Source: Erythrobacteraceae bacterium (GTDB taxonomy: Bacteria > Pseudomonadota > Alphaproteobacteria > Sphingomonadales > Sphingomonadaceae). From it: DNA of 64,000 nucleotides. The position numbers and the translations under genes were made by a program. Below the pieces are notes generated by a model. That model was given only the letters and a program-made list of their open reading frames with translations. It was not told the DNA's origin and ran no database searches. Shown here piece after piece: positions 22,907 through 37,179 of this stretch (its first letter is position 1; every line of letters begins with the position of its first letter). The stretch covers positions 22,101-86,100 of the forward strand of contig JAIXPX010000045.1 of assembly GCA_027486035.1 (NCBI GenBank), read 5' to 3'.

Positions 22907-24076
22907 GTGTCGATGTCGCGTCAGGAGCCCGAGGAGATCGCCGAAATCCGCCGTGCCGTACGCGGGCTGTGCGACGGCTTTCCGGGGGAATACTGGCGCG
23001 CCAAGGATGGGTCACGCGAATACCCGGCCGAGTTCGTCGATGCGCTCACGCAGGCCGGCTTTCTTGCCGCGCTGATTCCGGTCGAGCACGGCGGCAGCGG
23101 CCTCAGCCTCGAGGCGGCCTGCGTGATCATGGAGGAAATCCAGGCGAGCGGGTGCAACGGCTCCTCGGCCCACGCGCAAATGTACATCATGAACACGCTG
23201 CTGCGTTACGGCTCGGCGGAGCAGAAGGCGGCCTACCTTCCGCGCATCGCCAGCGGGGAGCTGCGGCTTCAGGCCTTTGGCGTCTCCGAACCGACCAGCG
23301 GCACCGACACGCTCTCGCTCAAGACCCGCGCCGTGCGGGATGGCGACGAATACATCATCTCCGGCCAGAAGATATGGACCAGCCGCGCCGAACATTCCGA
23401 CCTCATGCTGCTGCTCGCCCGCACCACGCCCCGCGAGGAAGCGGCGAGCAAGACCGAGGGCCTCTCGATCTTCCTCGTGGATATGCGCGAGGCTCTGAAG
23501 AACGGCATGACGGTGAAGCCGATCCGCACGATGATGAACCACTCCTCCTGCGAGGTGTTCTTCGATGATCTGCGCATCCCGGCCAGCAGCCTCGTGGGCG
23601 AGGAGGGCAAGGGCTTCCGCTACATCCTCTCGGGCATGAATGCCGAGCGCATCCTGATCGCCGCCGAATGCATCGGCGATGCCAAGTGGTTCATCGAAAA
23701 GGCTTGCGGATATGCGAAAGACCGCAATGTCTTCGCCCGGCCCATCGGCCAGAACCAAGGCGTGCAGTTCCCGATCGCGCGCGCCTACGCCCAGATGCGC
23801 GCCGCCGAACTGATGGTCCACCATGCGGCGCGGGTCTATGACGAAGGGGGTAATCCGGGCGAGGAGGCCAACATGGCCAAGCTTCTCGCCTCCGAGGCGA
23901 GCTGGGCGGCGGCCGACATGTGTGTCCAGACCTTCGGCGGCTTCGGCTTTGCCGAGGAATATGATGTCGAGCGTAAGTTCCGCGAAGCGCGGCTTTACAC
24001 CGTGGCCCCGATCTCGACCAACCTCATCCTCTCCTACCTTGCCGAGCATGTGCTCGGCTTGCCGCGCTCCTATTGA
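22907..24076 (+). CDS. acyl-CoA dehydrogenase family protein
   Basis: FGVSEPTSGTD, GQKIWTS, FARPIGQNQGVQF, FGGFGFAEEY; AGGAGG RBS before the GTG. Confidence 0.93.
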   Translation: MSMSRQEPEEIAEIRRAVRGLCDGFPGEYWRAKDGSREYPAEFVDALTQAGFLAALIPVEHGGSGLSLEAACVIMEEIQASGCNGSSAHAQMYIMNTLLRYGSAEQKAAYLPRIASGELRLQAFGVSEPTSGTDTLSLKTRAVRDGDEYIISGQKIWTSRAEHSDLMLLLARTTPREEAASKTEGLSIFLVDMREALKNGMTVKPIRTMMNHSSCEVFFDDLRIPASSLVGEEGKGFRYILSGMNAERILIAAECIGDAKWFIEKACGYAKDRNVFARPIGQNQGVQFPIARAYAQMRAAELMVHHAARVYDEGGNPGEEANMAKLLASEASWAAADMCVQTFGGFGFAEEYDVERKFREARLYTVAPISTNLILSYLAEHVLGLPRSY

Positions 24077-24175
24077 TCGCCAAACCGCCAGAAAGGGGCG
24101 GTTTTGCGGACATTGCGCCGCAAGGCACTTGCGGCGGGCGAACTTATATGATTCTGTGAAAGTCTCGAAGCAGGG

Positions 24176-24514
24176 GTGATTGCAAAGATGGGCACGGGCG
24201 GGACTGACAGCAGACGCAGGCGGTTTGCGGCATTTGCCGCGCTGCTTGTGCTCGGCGTCCTAGCCGTTGCCGGACCCACGGGGCTCTGGGCATGGGGCGA
24301 AAATGCCGCAGCGCTCGAGGCACGGCAGGCCAAGATCGCCAAGCTGGCGGCCGAGCGCGATGCTCTCAGGAACCGCGTCAAGCTGCTCGATCCCGAGGCG
24401 GCTGACCCCGATCTGGCCAGCGAACTGGTGCGCGAGCACCTGGGTGTCATGCGCGAGGACGAAGTCGTCATCACCCTCGACGAGAACGGCAACGAGGTTC
24501 CCGCCACGCCCTGA
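24176..24514 (+). CDS. ftsB: septum formation initiator (FtsB/DivIC family)
   Basis: single TM, GPTGL, coiled coil, DPDLASELVREHLG; upstream of pdhA. Confidence 0.82.
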   Translation: MIAKMGTGGTDSRRRRFAAFAALLVLGVLAVAGPTGLWAWGENAAALEARQAKIAKLAAERDALRNRVKLLDPEAADPDLASELVREHLGVMREDEVVITLDENGNEVPATP

Positions 24515-24643
24515 TTTCGTATGCGCGTTTCGTTTTCTGCAATGCCTTGCCGTTGCGTAAACCCGCCGCGCCTGACTATAGAGACAGGACTTGGACGGCG
24601 CTTCTCCTCCCCGTGAAGGCGCCAAATGAGAGGGATACTCGAC

Positions 24644-25729
24644 TTGGCCCGACAGCCTGCCAAAGCGCCTGCAAAGGCGACATCGTCCGCGCTTGCCAGC
24701 GACGATAGTGATTTCATCCTGCATTCGCTGCAGGAAGCCTTCGAAGCCAGAAAGCGCTACGCCGCCTCCGAAGCCGAGATGCTCGAATTCTACCGCCAGA
24801 TGCTGCTCATCCGCCGCTTCGAGGAGAAGGCCGGCCAGCTTTACGGCCTCGGCCTCATCGGCGGCTTCTGCCACCTCTATATCGGTCAGGAAGCGGTTGC
24901 GATCGGGCTACAGAGCGCACTCGACAATGATCGCGATTCCGTGATCACCGGCTACCGCGATCACGGCCACATGCTCGCCTACGGGATCGATCCCAAGGTC
25001 ATCATGGCCGAGCTGACCGGGCGCGAGTCCGGCATTTCGCGCGGCAAGGGCGGGTCGATGCACATGTTCTCGACCGAGCACAAGTTCTACGGCGGCCATG
25101 GCATCGTCGGCGCGCAGGTGGCGCTGGGCGGGGGCCTGGCGCTGGCGCACCAGTACAATAATGATGGCGGCCTGTGCCTTGCCTATTTCGGCGACGGTGC
25201 GGCGAACCAGGGTCAGGTCTACGAGACCTTCAACATGGCGGCCTTGTGGAACCTGCCGATCGTCTTCGTGGTCGAGGACAACCAGTATGCGATGGGTACC
25301 GCGACCAAGCGCAGTTCCGCCGAGACGCGCTTCTACCGGCGCGGCACGGCCTTCCGCATTCCGGGCATGGAAGTGAACGGCATGGATGTGCTCGAAGTGC
25401 GTGCCGCTGCCGAAGTCGCCTTTGCCCATGTCCGCGCGGGCAAGGGGCCGGTGCTGATGGAGTGCAACACCTATCGCTATCGCGGTCATTCCATGTCCGA
25501 CCCGGCCAAGTACCGCACCCGCGAGGAAGTGCAGGAACAGCGCGACCACCACGACCCGATCGAAGGCCTCAAGAAGGCGCTGATCGCAGCCGGCAAAACC
25601 GAGGACGAATTGAAGGCGATCGACAAGGCGATCCGCGCCGAGGTGGCCGAAGCCGCCGACTTTGCCGAGACCTCGCCCGAGCCTGCGGCGGGCGAACTCT
25701 ACACCGATGTGCTGGTGGGGGAGTACTGA
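24644..25729 (+). CDS. pdhA: pyruvate dehydrogenase E1 alpha
   Basis: IRRFEEK, GFCHLYIGQEA, GDGAANQGQ TPP motif, YRYRGHSMSDP. Confidence 0.96.
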   Translation: MARQPAKAPAKATSSALASDDSDFILHSLQEAFEARKRYAASEAEMLEFYRQMLLIRRFEEKAGQLYGLGLIGGFCHLYIGQEAVAIGLQSALDNDRDSVITGYRDHGHMLAYGIDPKVIMAELTGRESGISRGKGGSMHMFSTEHKFYGGHGIVGAQVALGGGLALAHQYNNDGGLCLAYFGDGAANQGQVYETFNMAALWNLPIVFVVEDNQYAMGTATKRSSAETRFYRRGTAFRIPGMEVNGMDVLEVRAAAEVAFAHVRAGKGPVLMECNTYRYRGHSMSDPAKYRTREEVQEQRDHHDPIEGLKKALIAAGKTEDELKAIDKAIRAEVAEAADFAETSPEPAAGELYTDVLVGEY

Positions 25730-25732
25730 GCC

Positions 25733-27091
25733 ATGGGGATCGAGTTGAAGATGCCGGCGCTCTCGCCGACGATGGAGCAGGGCACGCTCGCCAAGTGGCT
25801 CAAGGCCGAAGGTGACCGGATCGAGCCGGGCGACATCATCGCCGAGATCGAGACCGACAAGGCGACGATGGAATTCGAAGCCATCGATGAAGGCGTGCTC
25901 GAGAAGATCCTCGTGCCCGCTGGGACGGAAGATGTGGCTGTGGGCGCGGTGATCGCGCTGATCGCGGGGGAAGGGGAGGCCGCTGCGCCTGCGCCTGCCG
26001 CTGCGCCTGCACCCGCTCCCACGCCTGCTCCGGCTCCGGCTCCCAAGGCTGAAAAGCCCGCTGCCGTTTCGGCCCCCGCCGCCGATCCCGCCATTCCCGC
26101 CGGAACGGCGCTCGTCAGCACCACCGTGCGCGAGGCGCTGCGCGATGCGATGGCCGAGGAAATGCGCCGCGATCCGCGCGTTTTCGTGATGGGCGAGGAA
26201 GTCGCCGAATATCAGGGCGCCTACAAGGTCACGCAGGGCCTGCTCGCCGAATTCGGCCCCAAGCGCGTGATCGACACTCCGATCACCGAATATGGCTTTG
26301 CCGGGATCGGCACGGGCGCGGCGATGGGGGGCCTTCGTCCCATCGTTGAGTTCATGACCTTCAACTTCGCGATGCAGGCTATCGACCACATCATCAACTC
26401 GGCCGCCAAGACCAACTACATGAGCGGCGGCCAGATGCGCTGCCCGATCGTGTTCCGCGGGCCCAACGGCGCGGCGAGCCGCGTCGGCGCGCAGCATTCG
26501 CAGAACTACGGACCGTGGTATGCGAGCGTGCCGGGGCTGATCGTGATTGCGCCCTATGACGCGGCCGACGCCAAGGGCCTGATGAAGGCTGCGATCCGCT
26601 CGGAAGATCCGGTGGTCTTCCTCGAGAACGAGCTCGTCTACGGCCGCAGCTTCGATGTGCCGCAGGTGGACGACTATGTGCTCCCGATCGGCAAGGCGCG
26701 GATCGTGCGCGAGGGCAAGGACGTCACCATCGTCAGCTATTCGATCGGGGTCGGGCTCGCGCTCGAGGCGGCGAACACGCTGGCGGGCGAGGGGATCGAT
26801 GCCGAGGTGATTGACCTGCGCACCCTGCGCCCGCTCGACAAGGAGACGGTGCTGAAGAGCCTCGCCAAGACCAACCGCCTGGTGGTGGCAGAGGAGGGCT
26901 GGCCAACCTGCTCGATCGCCTCGGAAATCATCACCATCTGCATGGAGGAGGGCTTCGACCACCTCGATGCGCCGGTGCTGCGGGTGTGCAACGAGGATGT
27001 GCCGCTGCCCTATGCGGCCAATCTCGAAAAGCTCGCGCTGGTCGATGCTGCGCGGATCGCCGGGGCGGCGCGCAAGGTGTGCTACCGCTGA
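25733..27091 (+). CDS. pdhB: pyruvate dehydrogenase E1 beta with N-terminal lipoyl domain
   Basis: [13 protein letters not shown] lipoyl domain, Ala/Pro linker, [14 protein letters not shown]. Confidence 0.96.
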   Translation: MGIELKMPALSPTMEQGTLAKWLKAEGDRIEPGDIIAEIETDKATMEFEAIDEGVLEKILVPAGTEDVAVGAVIALIAGEGEAAAPAPAAAPAPAPTPAPAPAPKAEKPAAVSAPAADPAIPAGTALVSTTVREALRDAMAEEMRRDPRVFVMGEEVAEYQGAYKVTQGLLAEFGPKRVIDTPITEYGFAGIGTGAAMGGLRPIVEFMTFNFAMQAIDHIINSAAKTNYMSGGQMRCPIVFRGPNGAASRVGAQHSQNYGPWYASVPGLIVIAPYDAADAKGLMKAAIRSEDPVVFLENELVYGRSFDVPQVDDYVLPIGKARIVREGKDVTIVSYSIGVGLALEAANTLAGEGIDAEVIDLRTLRPLDKETVLKSLAKTNRLVVAEEGWPTCSIASEIITICMEEGFDHLDAPVLRVCNEDVPLPYAANLEKLALVDAARIAGAARKVCYR

Positions 27092-27157
27092 GCCCGGGCA
27101 GGCCGCGCGGGATTGCGGTTCATCCGCTCCCCGTCCGGGATCGCCGGGGCTATCCGG

Positions 27158-27676
27158 TCAGAGCCGCAGGAAGCCCGGTCGGCTGTAGCTGATCGGCACC
27201 TCGGGGGTGCCGATGATCGTGAGCACCGTGGGCACCCGATAGGTGAGGATGATGGTCTTTTCGGTGGCGCCTTCGACCCGCGGGGACTCCGGCGTCTCGA
27301 TCTGCGTGTTGAGGCGCCCGCCATCGAGGCTGTAGGGCGCACGCGTGGTGATCGAGCGCGCATAGTCGGCGAGGGTAACCGAGGGCGATGAGACGTAGGC
27401 CCTGGTCACATCGAGGTTGGCGTTAAATTCCAGGAGTGCGCGGTCGGCATAGACGGGCTGGGTCGACGTCGAGGTACGTGCCCAGGCTCCGGCAAGCGCG
27501 GCCTAGTCGACCGCGAATTGCAGCTCGCGCTTCCACATGTACCATTGGGCCAGGTCGGTGCCGAAGCCGACGCCACCGATCAGAGCAGGCAATCCGCCCG
27601 CGAAAAGGATCAGGTCATGGCCGCTCGTGCAGCGACGCAGCTTTTCGAGGAGTTGCGCAAGCAACGGCATTTTCAT
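27158..27676 (-). pseudogene. TadG-like pilus assembly gene relic with in-frame TAG
   Basis: manual translation MKMPLLAQLLEKLRRCTSG..GFGTDLAQWYMWKRELQFAVD*AALAGAWA; TAG at 27505-27503, frame stays open to 27158. Confidence 0.75.
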
Positions 27677-27833
27677 ACATCGATCCAGAATTATCCGCGC
27701 CCTTGGCGAGAGCTGGGCTAGGGCTATTGGCTGATCATTGTCTTGAGGGACGTAGGTAAGTCATATTTACCTGTTAAAATGTCCGGCAAGCTGGCCCGGC
27801 CACCGGCCCGCCAATCAAAAGGTAAGCAACGCC

Positions 27834-28505
27834 ATGCCTCCCCCGCTCGAGGCGCTCGAGACGCTTCCCCCCGAACAGCGCCTTGCGATCACCTGGTCGA
27901 GAGCGGAGGCGCGCGACCGTCTGGCGAGCATGCTGGCCTTCGACGGGCGCCTTGCGCGCATCGTCACGCGCACCCGCGAGCCGATGCTGGGGCAAATGCG
28001 GCTTGCATGGTGGCGCGACACCCTCGGCCTTCGGGTCGCTGCGCGGCCGCGAGGGGATGTTGTGCTGGAGGCACTCGGGACGTTCTGGGAGGGGCGGGAG
28101 GCCGAGCTGATTGCGCTGGTCGATGGCTGGGAGCAGGTCCTGCACGAAAAGCCGCTCTCCGAAGATGCTGCGGGCCGGTTCGCTGAGGGACGCAGTGCGG
28201 CGCTGCTTGGTGTCTATGGTGGCGATCCGCGGAGTGACCGGCCTGGCGCTGCCTCCCGCCGAGCTGCGTGGTGCTGGAGCTTGGGCGATTTCGCGGCTCG
28301 GGTCAGCGACCCCGGCGAACGGGCGATGCTGGCGAAGCTCGGGCTTGCACGCTCCGGACCTGACAGGCGCCTGCCGCGCAGCGAGCGCGGATTGGCCGTG
28401 CTCGGTTCGCTGGGCGAACGCGCGCTGCGCCGTGATGGGCGGCCTCTGATGGAGGGCCGGGGTGCCGCGATCGCGGTGATGCGGGCCGCTATCTTCGGGG
28501 GCTGA
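27834..28505 (+). CDS. phytoene/squalene synthase-like fold hypothetical protein
   Basis: AFDGRLARIV..EPMLGQMRLAWWRD motif; upstream of trmFO region. Confidence 0.65.
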   Translation: MPPPLEALETLPPEQRLAITWSRAEARDRLASMLAFDGRLARIVTRTREPMLGQMRLAWWRDTLGLRVAARPRGDVVLEALGTFWEGREAELIALVDGWEQVLHEKPLSEDAAGRFAEGRSAALLGVYGGDPRSDRPGAASRRAAWCWSLGDFAARVSDPGERAMLAKLGLARSGPDRRLPRSERGLAVLGSLGERALRRDGRPLMEGRGAAIAVMRAAIFGG

Positions 28506-28550
28506 TTTGCGCTATCCCACGGGCAAATCTCGAAAATCGGGGACAGACCG

Positions 28551-29012
28551 GTGCGACAGGCAGTTTGGGGAGTGCTGGGCGGGCTCGCCCTTTCGGGTAT
28601 CGGTGTATTCTGGTGGCAGGGCCGCGCCGCGATCGAGAGCGCTGCGCCGCCGCCAGCCGCGCGAAGGCCAGCCATCGATCCCCAAAAGCTTCCCCTTGCC
28701 GATCCCGGCAACCTCAAGGGTCCGCTGCCGCCCGAACTGACCGAACGCAACCGCGAGCAGCAGCGCTTCGACCGCCTTGAACGCAACCGCGACGGCTTCA
28801 TCTCGCGCAACGAGATGCTGTCCACCCGCACCGAGGCGTTCCGCAAGCTCGACAAGGACGGCAACAACCTTCTGACCTTCGAGGAATGGGCGGTGACCAC
28901 CGTTGATCGCTTCGAGCGGGCCGACAAGGACGGGGACGATCGGCTCACGCGCGCCGAATTCGCCACCACCGCGCCTCCGCCGGTGGTGCGCAAGCCTGCC
29001 TGCAAATGCTGA
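28551..29012 (+). CDS. EF-hand domain protein with N-terminal membrane anchor
   Basis: ERNRDGFISRNE, DKDGNNLLTFEE, DKDGDDRLTRAE loops. Confidence 0.85.
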   Translation: MRQAVWGVLGGLALSGIGVFWWQGRAAIESAAPPPAARRPAIDPQKLPLADPGNLKGPLPPELTERNREQQRFDRLERNRDGFISRNEMLSTRTEAFRKLDKDGNNLLTFEEWAVTTVDRFERADKDGDDRLTRAEFATTAPPPVVRKPACKC

Positions 29013-29016
29013 AGGA

Positions 29017-30402
29017 TCAGGCGGGCACGAGCTCGCGGCGCGCGGCGATCCACTGGGCAAGATCCGCCTTGGCGCGCGAGGTATAGGCTTCCTTGCGGAC
29101 CTTCTTGCCGACCTCGTGGAGCGGCGGGAACAGCCCGAAATTGACGTTCATGGGCTGGAAGGTTTCGGCCTCGGCATCGCCGGTGATGTGGCTGAGAAGC
29201 GCGCCGAGCGCAGTCGTCGGCGGGAGCGGCTGCCATGTCCGGCCTGCCAGCTCGCTTGCGGTCATCAGCCCGGCGACGAGGCCGATGGCTGCGCTTTCGA
29301 CATAGCCCTCGCAGCCCGTCACTTGCCCCGCAAAGCGGATATGCGGTGCGGCCTTCAGCCGCAGCTGGCGATCGAGAACCTCGGGCGAATTGAGGAAGGT
29401 GTTGCGGTGAAGGCCGCCCAATCGCGCGAATTCGGCATTCTCGAGCCCGGGAATGGTGCGGAACAGCTCGATCTGCGCGGAGTATTTGAGCTTGGTCTGG
29501 AAGCCCACCATGTTCCACAGCGTGCCGAGCTTGTTGTCCTGGCGAAGCTGCACCACCGCATAGGGCCAGCGGCCTTGGGGGAATTCGGGCGTCACGTCGA
29601 AGGGATTGTCGAGCCCCACGCCCTTCATCGGGCCATAGCGCAGCGTCTCCACCCCGCGCTCCGCCATCACCTCGATCGGCATGCAGCCGTCGAAATAGGG
29701 GGTGTCCTTTTCCCACTGCTTGAACTCGGTCTTCTCGCCCTCGATCAGCCCCTTGTGAAAGGCGAGATACTGCTCCTGCGTCATCGGGCAGTTGATGTAG
29801 TCGCCGCCCTCGTTCGACGCTTCGGTCCGCTTGTTCCAGCGCGACTGGATCCAGACCTTGGTCATGTCGATGGAATCGCGGTGGACGATCGGTGCGATGG
29901 CATCGAAAAAGGCGAGGCGCTCGGAGCCCGTAGCGCGCACGATACTGCCGGCAAGCGCCTCGGCGGTGAGCGGCCCCGTGGCGACGATGGTGAGGCCGGC
30001 GTCGGGGAGGGTATCGATCCGCTCGCGCACAATGGTGATGTTGGGGTGCTCGCCCAATGCCTTCTCGACCTCGGCCGAGAAGACATCGCGGTCCACCGCC
30101 ATGGCGCTCCCTGCGGGCACGCGCGCGACCTCGCCGGCGCGCATCACGAGGCTGTCAAGCATCCGCATCTCGTGGTGCAGCAGGCCGACCGCGTTCTTCG
30201 TGTCGTCGTCCGAGCGGAAGGAATTGGAGCAGACCAGCTCGGCGAGGCCATCGGTCTGGTGCGCCGGGGTCATGTAGCCGCTTCCGCGCATCTCTGACAG
30301 GCGCACCCGCACCCCGCGCCGGGCGAGCTGCCAGGCTGCCTCGCTCCCGGCGAGGCCACCGCCGATTATGTGCACATCGTGGGAAGTCGCAGGTCCGGTC
30401 AT
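29017..30402 (-). CDS. trmFO: tRNA (uracil-54) methyltransferase TrmFO
   Basis: [43 protein letters not shown]. Confidence 0.96.
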   Translation of the reverse strand: MTGPATSHDVHIIGGGLAGSEAAWQLARRGVRVRLSEMRGSGYMTPAHQTDGLAELVCSNSFRSDDDTKNAVGLLHHEMRMLDSLVMRAGEVARVPAGSAMAVDRDVFSAEVEKALGEHPNITIVRERIDTLPDAGLTIVATGPLTAEALAGSIVRATGSERLAFFDAIAPIVHRDSIDMTKVWIQSRWNKRTEASNEGGDYINCPMTQEQYLAFHKGLIEGEKTEFKQWEKDTPYFDGCMPIEVMAERGVETLRYGPMKGVGLDNPFDVTPEFPQGRWPYAVVQLRQDNKLGTLWNMVGFQTKLKYSAQIELFRTIPGLENAEFARLGGLHRNTFLNSPEVLDRQLRLKAAPHIRFAGQVTGCEGYVESAAIGLVAGLMTASELAGRTWQPLPPTTALGALLSHITGDAEAETFQPMNVNFGLFPPLHEVGKKVRKEAYTSRAKADLAQWIAARRELVPA

Positions 30403-30470
30403 GGCGGGGCAGGTAATTGCGTGTTAGCCCCCCGGCAAGCCCAAAGGGGTTGCGACAGGGACGGGACGGA

Positions 30471-31128
30471 ATGGCAAGGCAAGCACTGATCGAACAACGG
30501 CCGTGGTTGCTGGCGAGCATCGCTGCGGCGACCGCCTATTACTTTCTGCGCGATAACCCGGTGGGCGAGGGCGTGTGGGGCATCGCGGTGAAGGGCGCCG
30601 GGGTGGCGCTGCTAGCGTTTTACGCGCTGCTGCGGGTACCGCAGGGCAAGCACCGGGGTGACGGGTTCCTGCTGGTCGGTGCCCTCGCACTGGCCGCGGC
30701 GGGCGATATGGCGATCGAACTCGATTTCCTCGCCGGCGGCGCTTTCTTTGCTGCCGCACACGTGGTGGCTGTGGCGCTTTACCTGAGGAACCGCCACAAG
30801 CGCCCGTCGCCGACCCAGAAGCTGGCCGCGCTGGCCCTGCTGATCGGCACGCCGCTGACGAGCTATTGCCTGAGCGGACAGGCCGAGGTCGCGGCCTATG
30901 CCGTCTTCCTTGGCGCGATGGCCTCGGCGGCATGGATGAGCCACTATCCGCGTTACCGCGTGGGCACCGGCGCGGTGCTGTTCGTGGTGAGCGACTGGCT
31001 GATCTTCTCGCGCATGGGGCCGCTCGATCTCGCGCCTCTGCCCGACCTTCTGATCTGGCCGCTCTATTTCGCCGGACAGGTGATGATCGCCACGGGCATC
31101 GTGCAATGTCTGAGAGGCGAACAACCCG

Positions 31129-31136
<8 letters not shown>
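30471..31136 (+). CDS. lysoplasmalogenase (YhhN) family membrane protein
   Basis: AGD, FAAAH, GAVLFVVSDWLI, LYFAGQ motifs. Confidence 0.85.
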
Positions 31137-33933
<2,797 letters not shown>

Positions 33934-34266
33934 GGTCTGGGCCGTTTCTGTTGATGTTTTGCGCCACACGCGGCGGGCCGGGCCTTGGCAGGGCCGGCAA
34001 GTGGGGTCCATTTAGGCACAAGCCGCAGGTTTCGCCACCTTGCGCCGCGAACACAGGGGGAACGGCGCGTCTTTTTCCACACTTCCCGCGACCGGCGGCT
34101 GTGCGGGCCAAGAGGCCGGTGAGCCGGGTATTCAAAGTCCGTTCAGCACGGCGTGGCTAGCTGGCAATTGCAAATCCTTCTGGAGCCGTTCAAAGGCGCA
34201 GGCGGAAACTGGGCAGCAAGGGCTCACCTAAGAGGGCACCCGGCTGCGCTTGATGTGGAGGAAGCC

Positions 34267-35619
34267 TTGACCAATCTGTTGTCGCCCCGTCCGATGGGCC
34301 TTGCCCGCCAGTTCGGCCTTGCCCTTGCTCTTGCCAGCGGAACGGCTCTGCTCGCGGTTCCGGGTTTGACCGATGCCGCCCATGCCCAGAAGAAAAAGAA
34401 GGATGACAAGCAGGAAGCCGCCAAGCCGGTTTACAGCCCTGCCTTCGTCAAGGCCTACCAGGCGCTCGACGTTGCGCTGAAGGCACCGGGCGCCGATCTT
34501 GCCGCGCTCAAGCCGCAGATCGTCGCGCTCCAGCCGCTCGCCGTTTCGCCGGACGAAAAGCTTGCCCTCGGGGGCATGATGTTCAACGCCGGCATCATGA
34601 GCAAGGATCCTGCCGTGCAGTACGAAGGCGTGCAGCTCATGCTCGCCAGCGGGAAAGCCAATCCCGAGGAAGCGGGCCGCTACAACGTGGTCGCATCGCA
34701 GCTTGCCAGTTCGCTCAAGCAGTATGACGCCGCCCGGGGCTTCCTGCAGAAGGCCATCGACCTCAATTACTCCGGTCAGGGGGTTACGCCGTCGGATCTG
34801 CAATTGAGCATGGCGGAACTCTATTTCTCGGAAGATCGCAACCAGGAAGGCCTCAAATACCTTGCTGATGCCATTGCCGCGCGCAAGGCGCAGGCCGGCA
34901 AGGTGGACGAACGCTGGTATCGTCGCGGCGTGTCGGTGGCGTACGAGGGTGAAATCGTCCCGCAGGTCTACGAATTCGTCGAGGGCTGGGTGTCGGATTA
35001 CGGCACGGAGGCCAATTGGCGCGATGCGATCAACCTGACGCGCAATCTCAACGATTTCCCGGCACCGATCATGCTTGATCTGTTCCGTCTGGGAGACCGT
35101 GTCGGATCGCTCAACGTCAAGAACGACTACATTTTCTACATCGAATCCGCCGACTCGCGGCGGCTTCCGGCAGAGGTGAAGCGCGTGATCGACGAGGCTT
35201 ACCAGAGGGGTGTGATCCCCAAGGGCAGCGATAGTTGGGTCGAGGAGCAGTACAAGCTGGCCAACGGCCTCATTGCCCAGGACAAATCGGCCCTTCCGGG
35301 TCTCGAGCGCGATGCTGCCGCGCCGACCGCGCAGCTGCGCACCGTGATCGCGGCGGCCGATGCCACGCTCAGCTACAACGAGTTCGCCAAGGCTGCCGGC
35401 TTCTACGAGAAGGCCCTGGCAATGCCGGGCGCTGATCGAGACCTCGTCCTGACCCGTCTCGGCATCGCGCAGATCGGGCTCAAGAATTACGATGCGGCGC
35501 GCGAGACGTTCGGGAAGGTGACCGGCGCGCGCATGCCTGTCGCCCGCCTCTGGAGCGCCTTTGCGCGCCAGCAGGCGAGTGCTTCGGCAGCGGCCACCAC
35601 GCCTGCGGCACTCAGCTAG
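34267..35619 (+). CDS. exported helical-repeat (TPR-like) hypothetical protein
   Basis: signal peptide ending AHA-Q; TPR-like A..FLQKAI and A..FYEKAL segments; GGAGG RBS before the TTG. Confidence 0.7.
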   Translation: MTNLLSPRPMGLARQFGLALALASGTALLAVPGLTDAAHAQKKKKDDKQEAAKPVYSPAFVKAYQALDVALKAPGADLAALKPQIVALQPLAVSPDEKLALGGMMFNAGIMSKDPAVQYEGVQLMLASGKANPEEAGRYNVVASQLASSLKQYDAARGFLQKAIDLNYSGQGVTPSDLQLSMAELYFSEDRNQEGLKYLADAIAARKAQAGKVDERWYRRGVSVAYEGEIVPQVYEFVEGWVSDYGTEANWRDAINLTRNLNDFPAPIMLDLFRLGDRVGSLNVKNDYIFYIESADSRRLPAEVKRVIDEAYQRGVIPKGSDSWVEEQYKLANGLIAQDKSALPGLERDAAAPTAQLRTVIAAADATLSYNEFAKAAGFYEKALAMPGADRDLVLTRLGIAQIGLKNYDAARETFGKVTGARMPVARLWSAFARQQASASAAATTPAALS

Positions 35620-35640
35620 GTCCATACGATCCGTTCAAGC

Positions 35641-35675
35641 GAGCGCCGGGTCTCCTGATCCGGCGCTCCTTTTTT
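35641..35675 (+). terminator. intrinsic terminator
   Basis: GAGCGCCGG-loop-CCGGCGCTC-C-TTTTTT. Confidence 0.85.
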
Positions 35676-35747
35676 GAGAGGACTGGTGAGGCCTTTGCAA
35701 CCGGCAGCGCGCTTGCGGCAGCCGCGCTGTGCGCCTAAATGCCCCCC

Positions 35748-36713
35748 ATGAACGACCTCGCCAGCACGCCGCAGCCGCCTGCCTCCGAAGAGCGACCCGC
35801 CCGTCAGCGCAAGCCCGACTGGATCCGGGTGCGCGCGCCGGTCAGCGAGGGCTATAACGGAACGCGCAGGCTGATGCGCGAATTGAACCTTCACACCGTG
35901 TGCGAGGAAGCCGCCTGCCCGAACATCGGCGAGTGCTGGACCAAGAAGCATGCGACGGTGATGATCCTCGGCGACGTCTGCACGCGCGCCTGTGCCTTCT
36001 GCAACGTCAAGACGGGGATGCCCAAGGCAGTCGATCCCTTCGAGCCCGAGAACACCGCGATTGCCGCGGCCAAGATGGGGCTTGAGCATATCGTCATCAC
36101 CTCGGTCGACCGCGACGATCTGCCCGACGGCGGCGCGTCGCAGTTCGTCAAGGTGATCGAGGCGCTGCGCCGGACTACGCCGAACACCACGATCGAGATC
36201 CTCACCCCCGATTTCCGCGGCAAGATGCGCCGCGCGGTCGAGATGATCTGCGAGGCGGGACCTGACGTCTACAACCACAATCTCGAAACCGTTCCCCGGC
36301 TCTACCCGACGATCCGCCCCGGCGCGCGCTACTATGCCTCGCTGCGCCTGCTCGAGGAGGTGAAGGCGCATAATCCGCTCATCTTCACCAAGTCGGGCAT
36401 CATGCTCGGCCTTGGCGAGCAGCGGCTCGAGGTGCACCAGGTGATGGACGACATGCGTTCGGCCGAGGTCGATTTCATCACCATGGGGCAATATCTCCAG
36501 CCGACTCCGAAGCACGCCAAGGTCGAGGAGTTCGTCACGCCCAAGGCCTTCGCCGCCTATGGCGCGATTGCGCGGGCCAAGGGCTTCCTTCAGGTCGCAT
36601 CGAGCCCGCTGACCCGTTCAAGCTACCACGCGGGTGACGACTTTGCGAAAATGCGCGCGGCGCGCGAGGAGAAGCTGGCGCGCGCAGCGGCGCGTTCGGG
36701 GGCCAAGGCGTAA
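35748..36713 (+). CDS. lipA: lipoyl synthase
   Basis: [26 protein letters not shown]. Confidence 0.97.
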   Translation: MNDLASTPQPPASEERPARQRKPDWIRVRAPVSEGYNGTRRLMRELNLHTVCEEAACPNIGECWTKKHATVMILGDVCTRACAFCNVKTGMPKAVDPFEPENTAIAAAKMGLEHIVITSVDRDDLPDGGASQFVKVIEALRRTTPNTTIEILTPDFRGKMRRAVEMICEAGPDVYNHNLETVPRLYPTIRPGARYYASLRLLEEVKAHNPLIFTKSGIMLGLGEQRLEVHQVMDDMRSAEVDFITMGQYLQPTPKHAKVEEFVTPKAFAAYGAIARAKGFLQVASSPLTRSSYHAGDDFAKMRAAREEKLARAAARSGAKA

Positions 36714-36717
36714 GGCC

Positions 36718-37179
36718 GTGCCCGGCATCCGCGAAACCCGCCGCCTGCCTTACAGCGCCGAGCAGATGTTCGATCTGGTGGCGGACGTCGCCCGTTACGG
36801 CGAGTTCCTGCCTTGGGTGATCGCCATCCGTGTGCGATCCAACAGCGAGACCGAGATGGTCGCGGACATGGTGGTCGGTTTCAAGGCGATCCGCGAGAGC
36901 TTCACCTCGCGGGTCAGGAAGACCCGGCCGCACGAGATCGACGTGCACTATATCGACGGACCGCTCTCCGACCTCGACAACGTCTGGACCTTCCGAGCCG
37001 TTGATGCGCATAGTTGCGAGATCGACTTTCTCGTCGACTTCACTTTCAAGAACCGCCTGTTCGAGAAGATCGCCGGGCAGTATTTCGACAAGGCCTTCCG
37101 CAAGATGGTCGAGGCCTTCGAGGCCCGCGCGGCGCAGCTTTACCGCAACAGCAAGCCGAGCGCGCAGAGCGTCGCCTGA
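36718..37179 (+). CDS. RatA/PasT/Coq10 START-fold protein
   Basis: MFDLVADV..Y.EFLPW, FTSRV, AFEARA; follows lipA. Confidence 0.88.
   Translation: MPGIRETRRLPYSAEQMFDLVADVARYGEFLPWVIAIRVRSNSETEMVADMVVGFKAIRESFTSRVRKTRPHEIDVHYIDGPLSDLDNVWTFRAVDAHSCEIDFLVDFTFKNRLFEKIAGQYFDKAFRKMVEAFEARAAQLYRNSKPSAQSVA

Noticed and set aside
25980-26050. Repetitive GC-rich tract
   Set aside because: Encodes the ordinary Ala/Pro linker of PdhB.
27756-27777. CtrA-like box upstream of the tad relic (GTAA-N7-TTAC), and a TTAA pair at 16736-16752
   Set aside because: Only a 6/8 match in the first case and wrong spacing (N9) in the second; too weak to call.
36718-37179. RatA as a toxin-antitoxin system
   Set aside because: No antitoxin partner; conserved lipA neighbour and Coq10-like family, most likely housekeeping.
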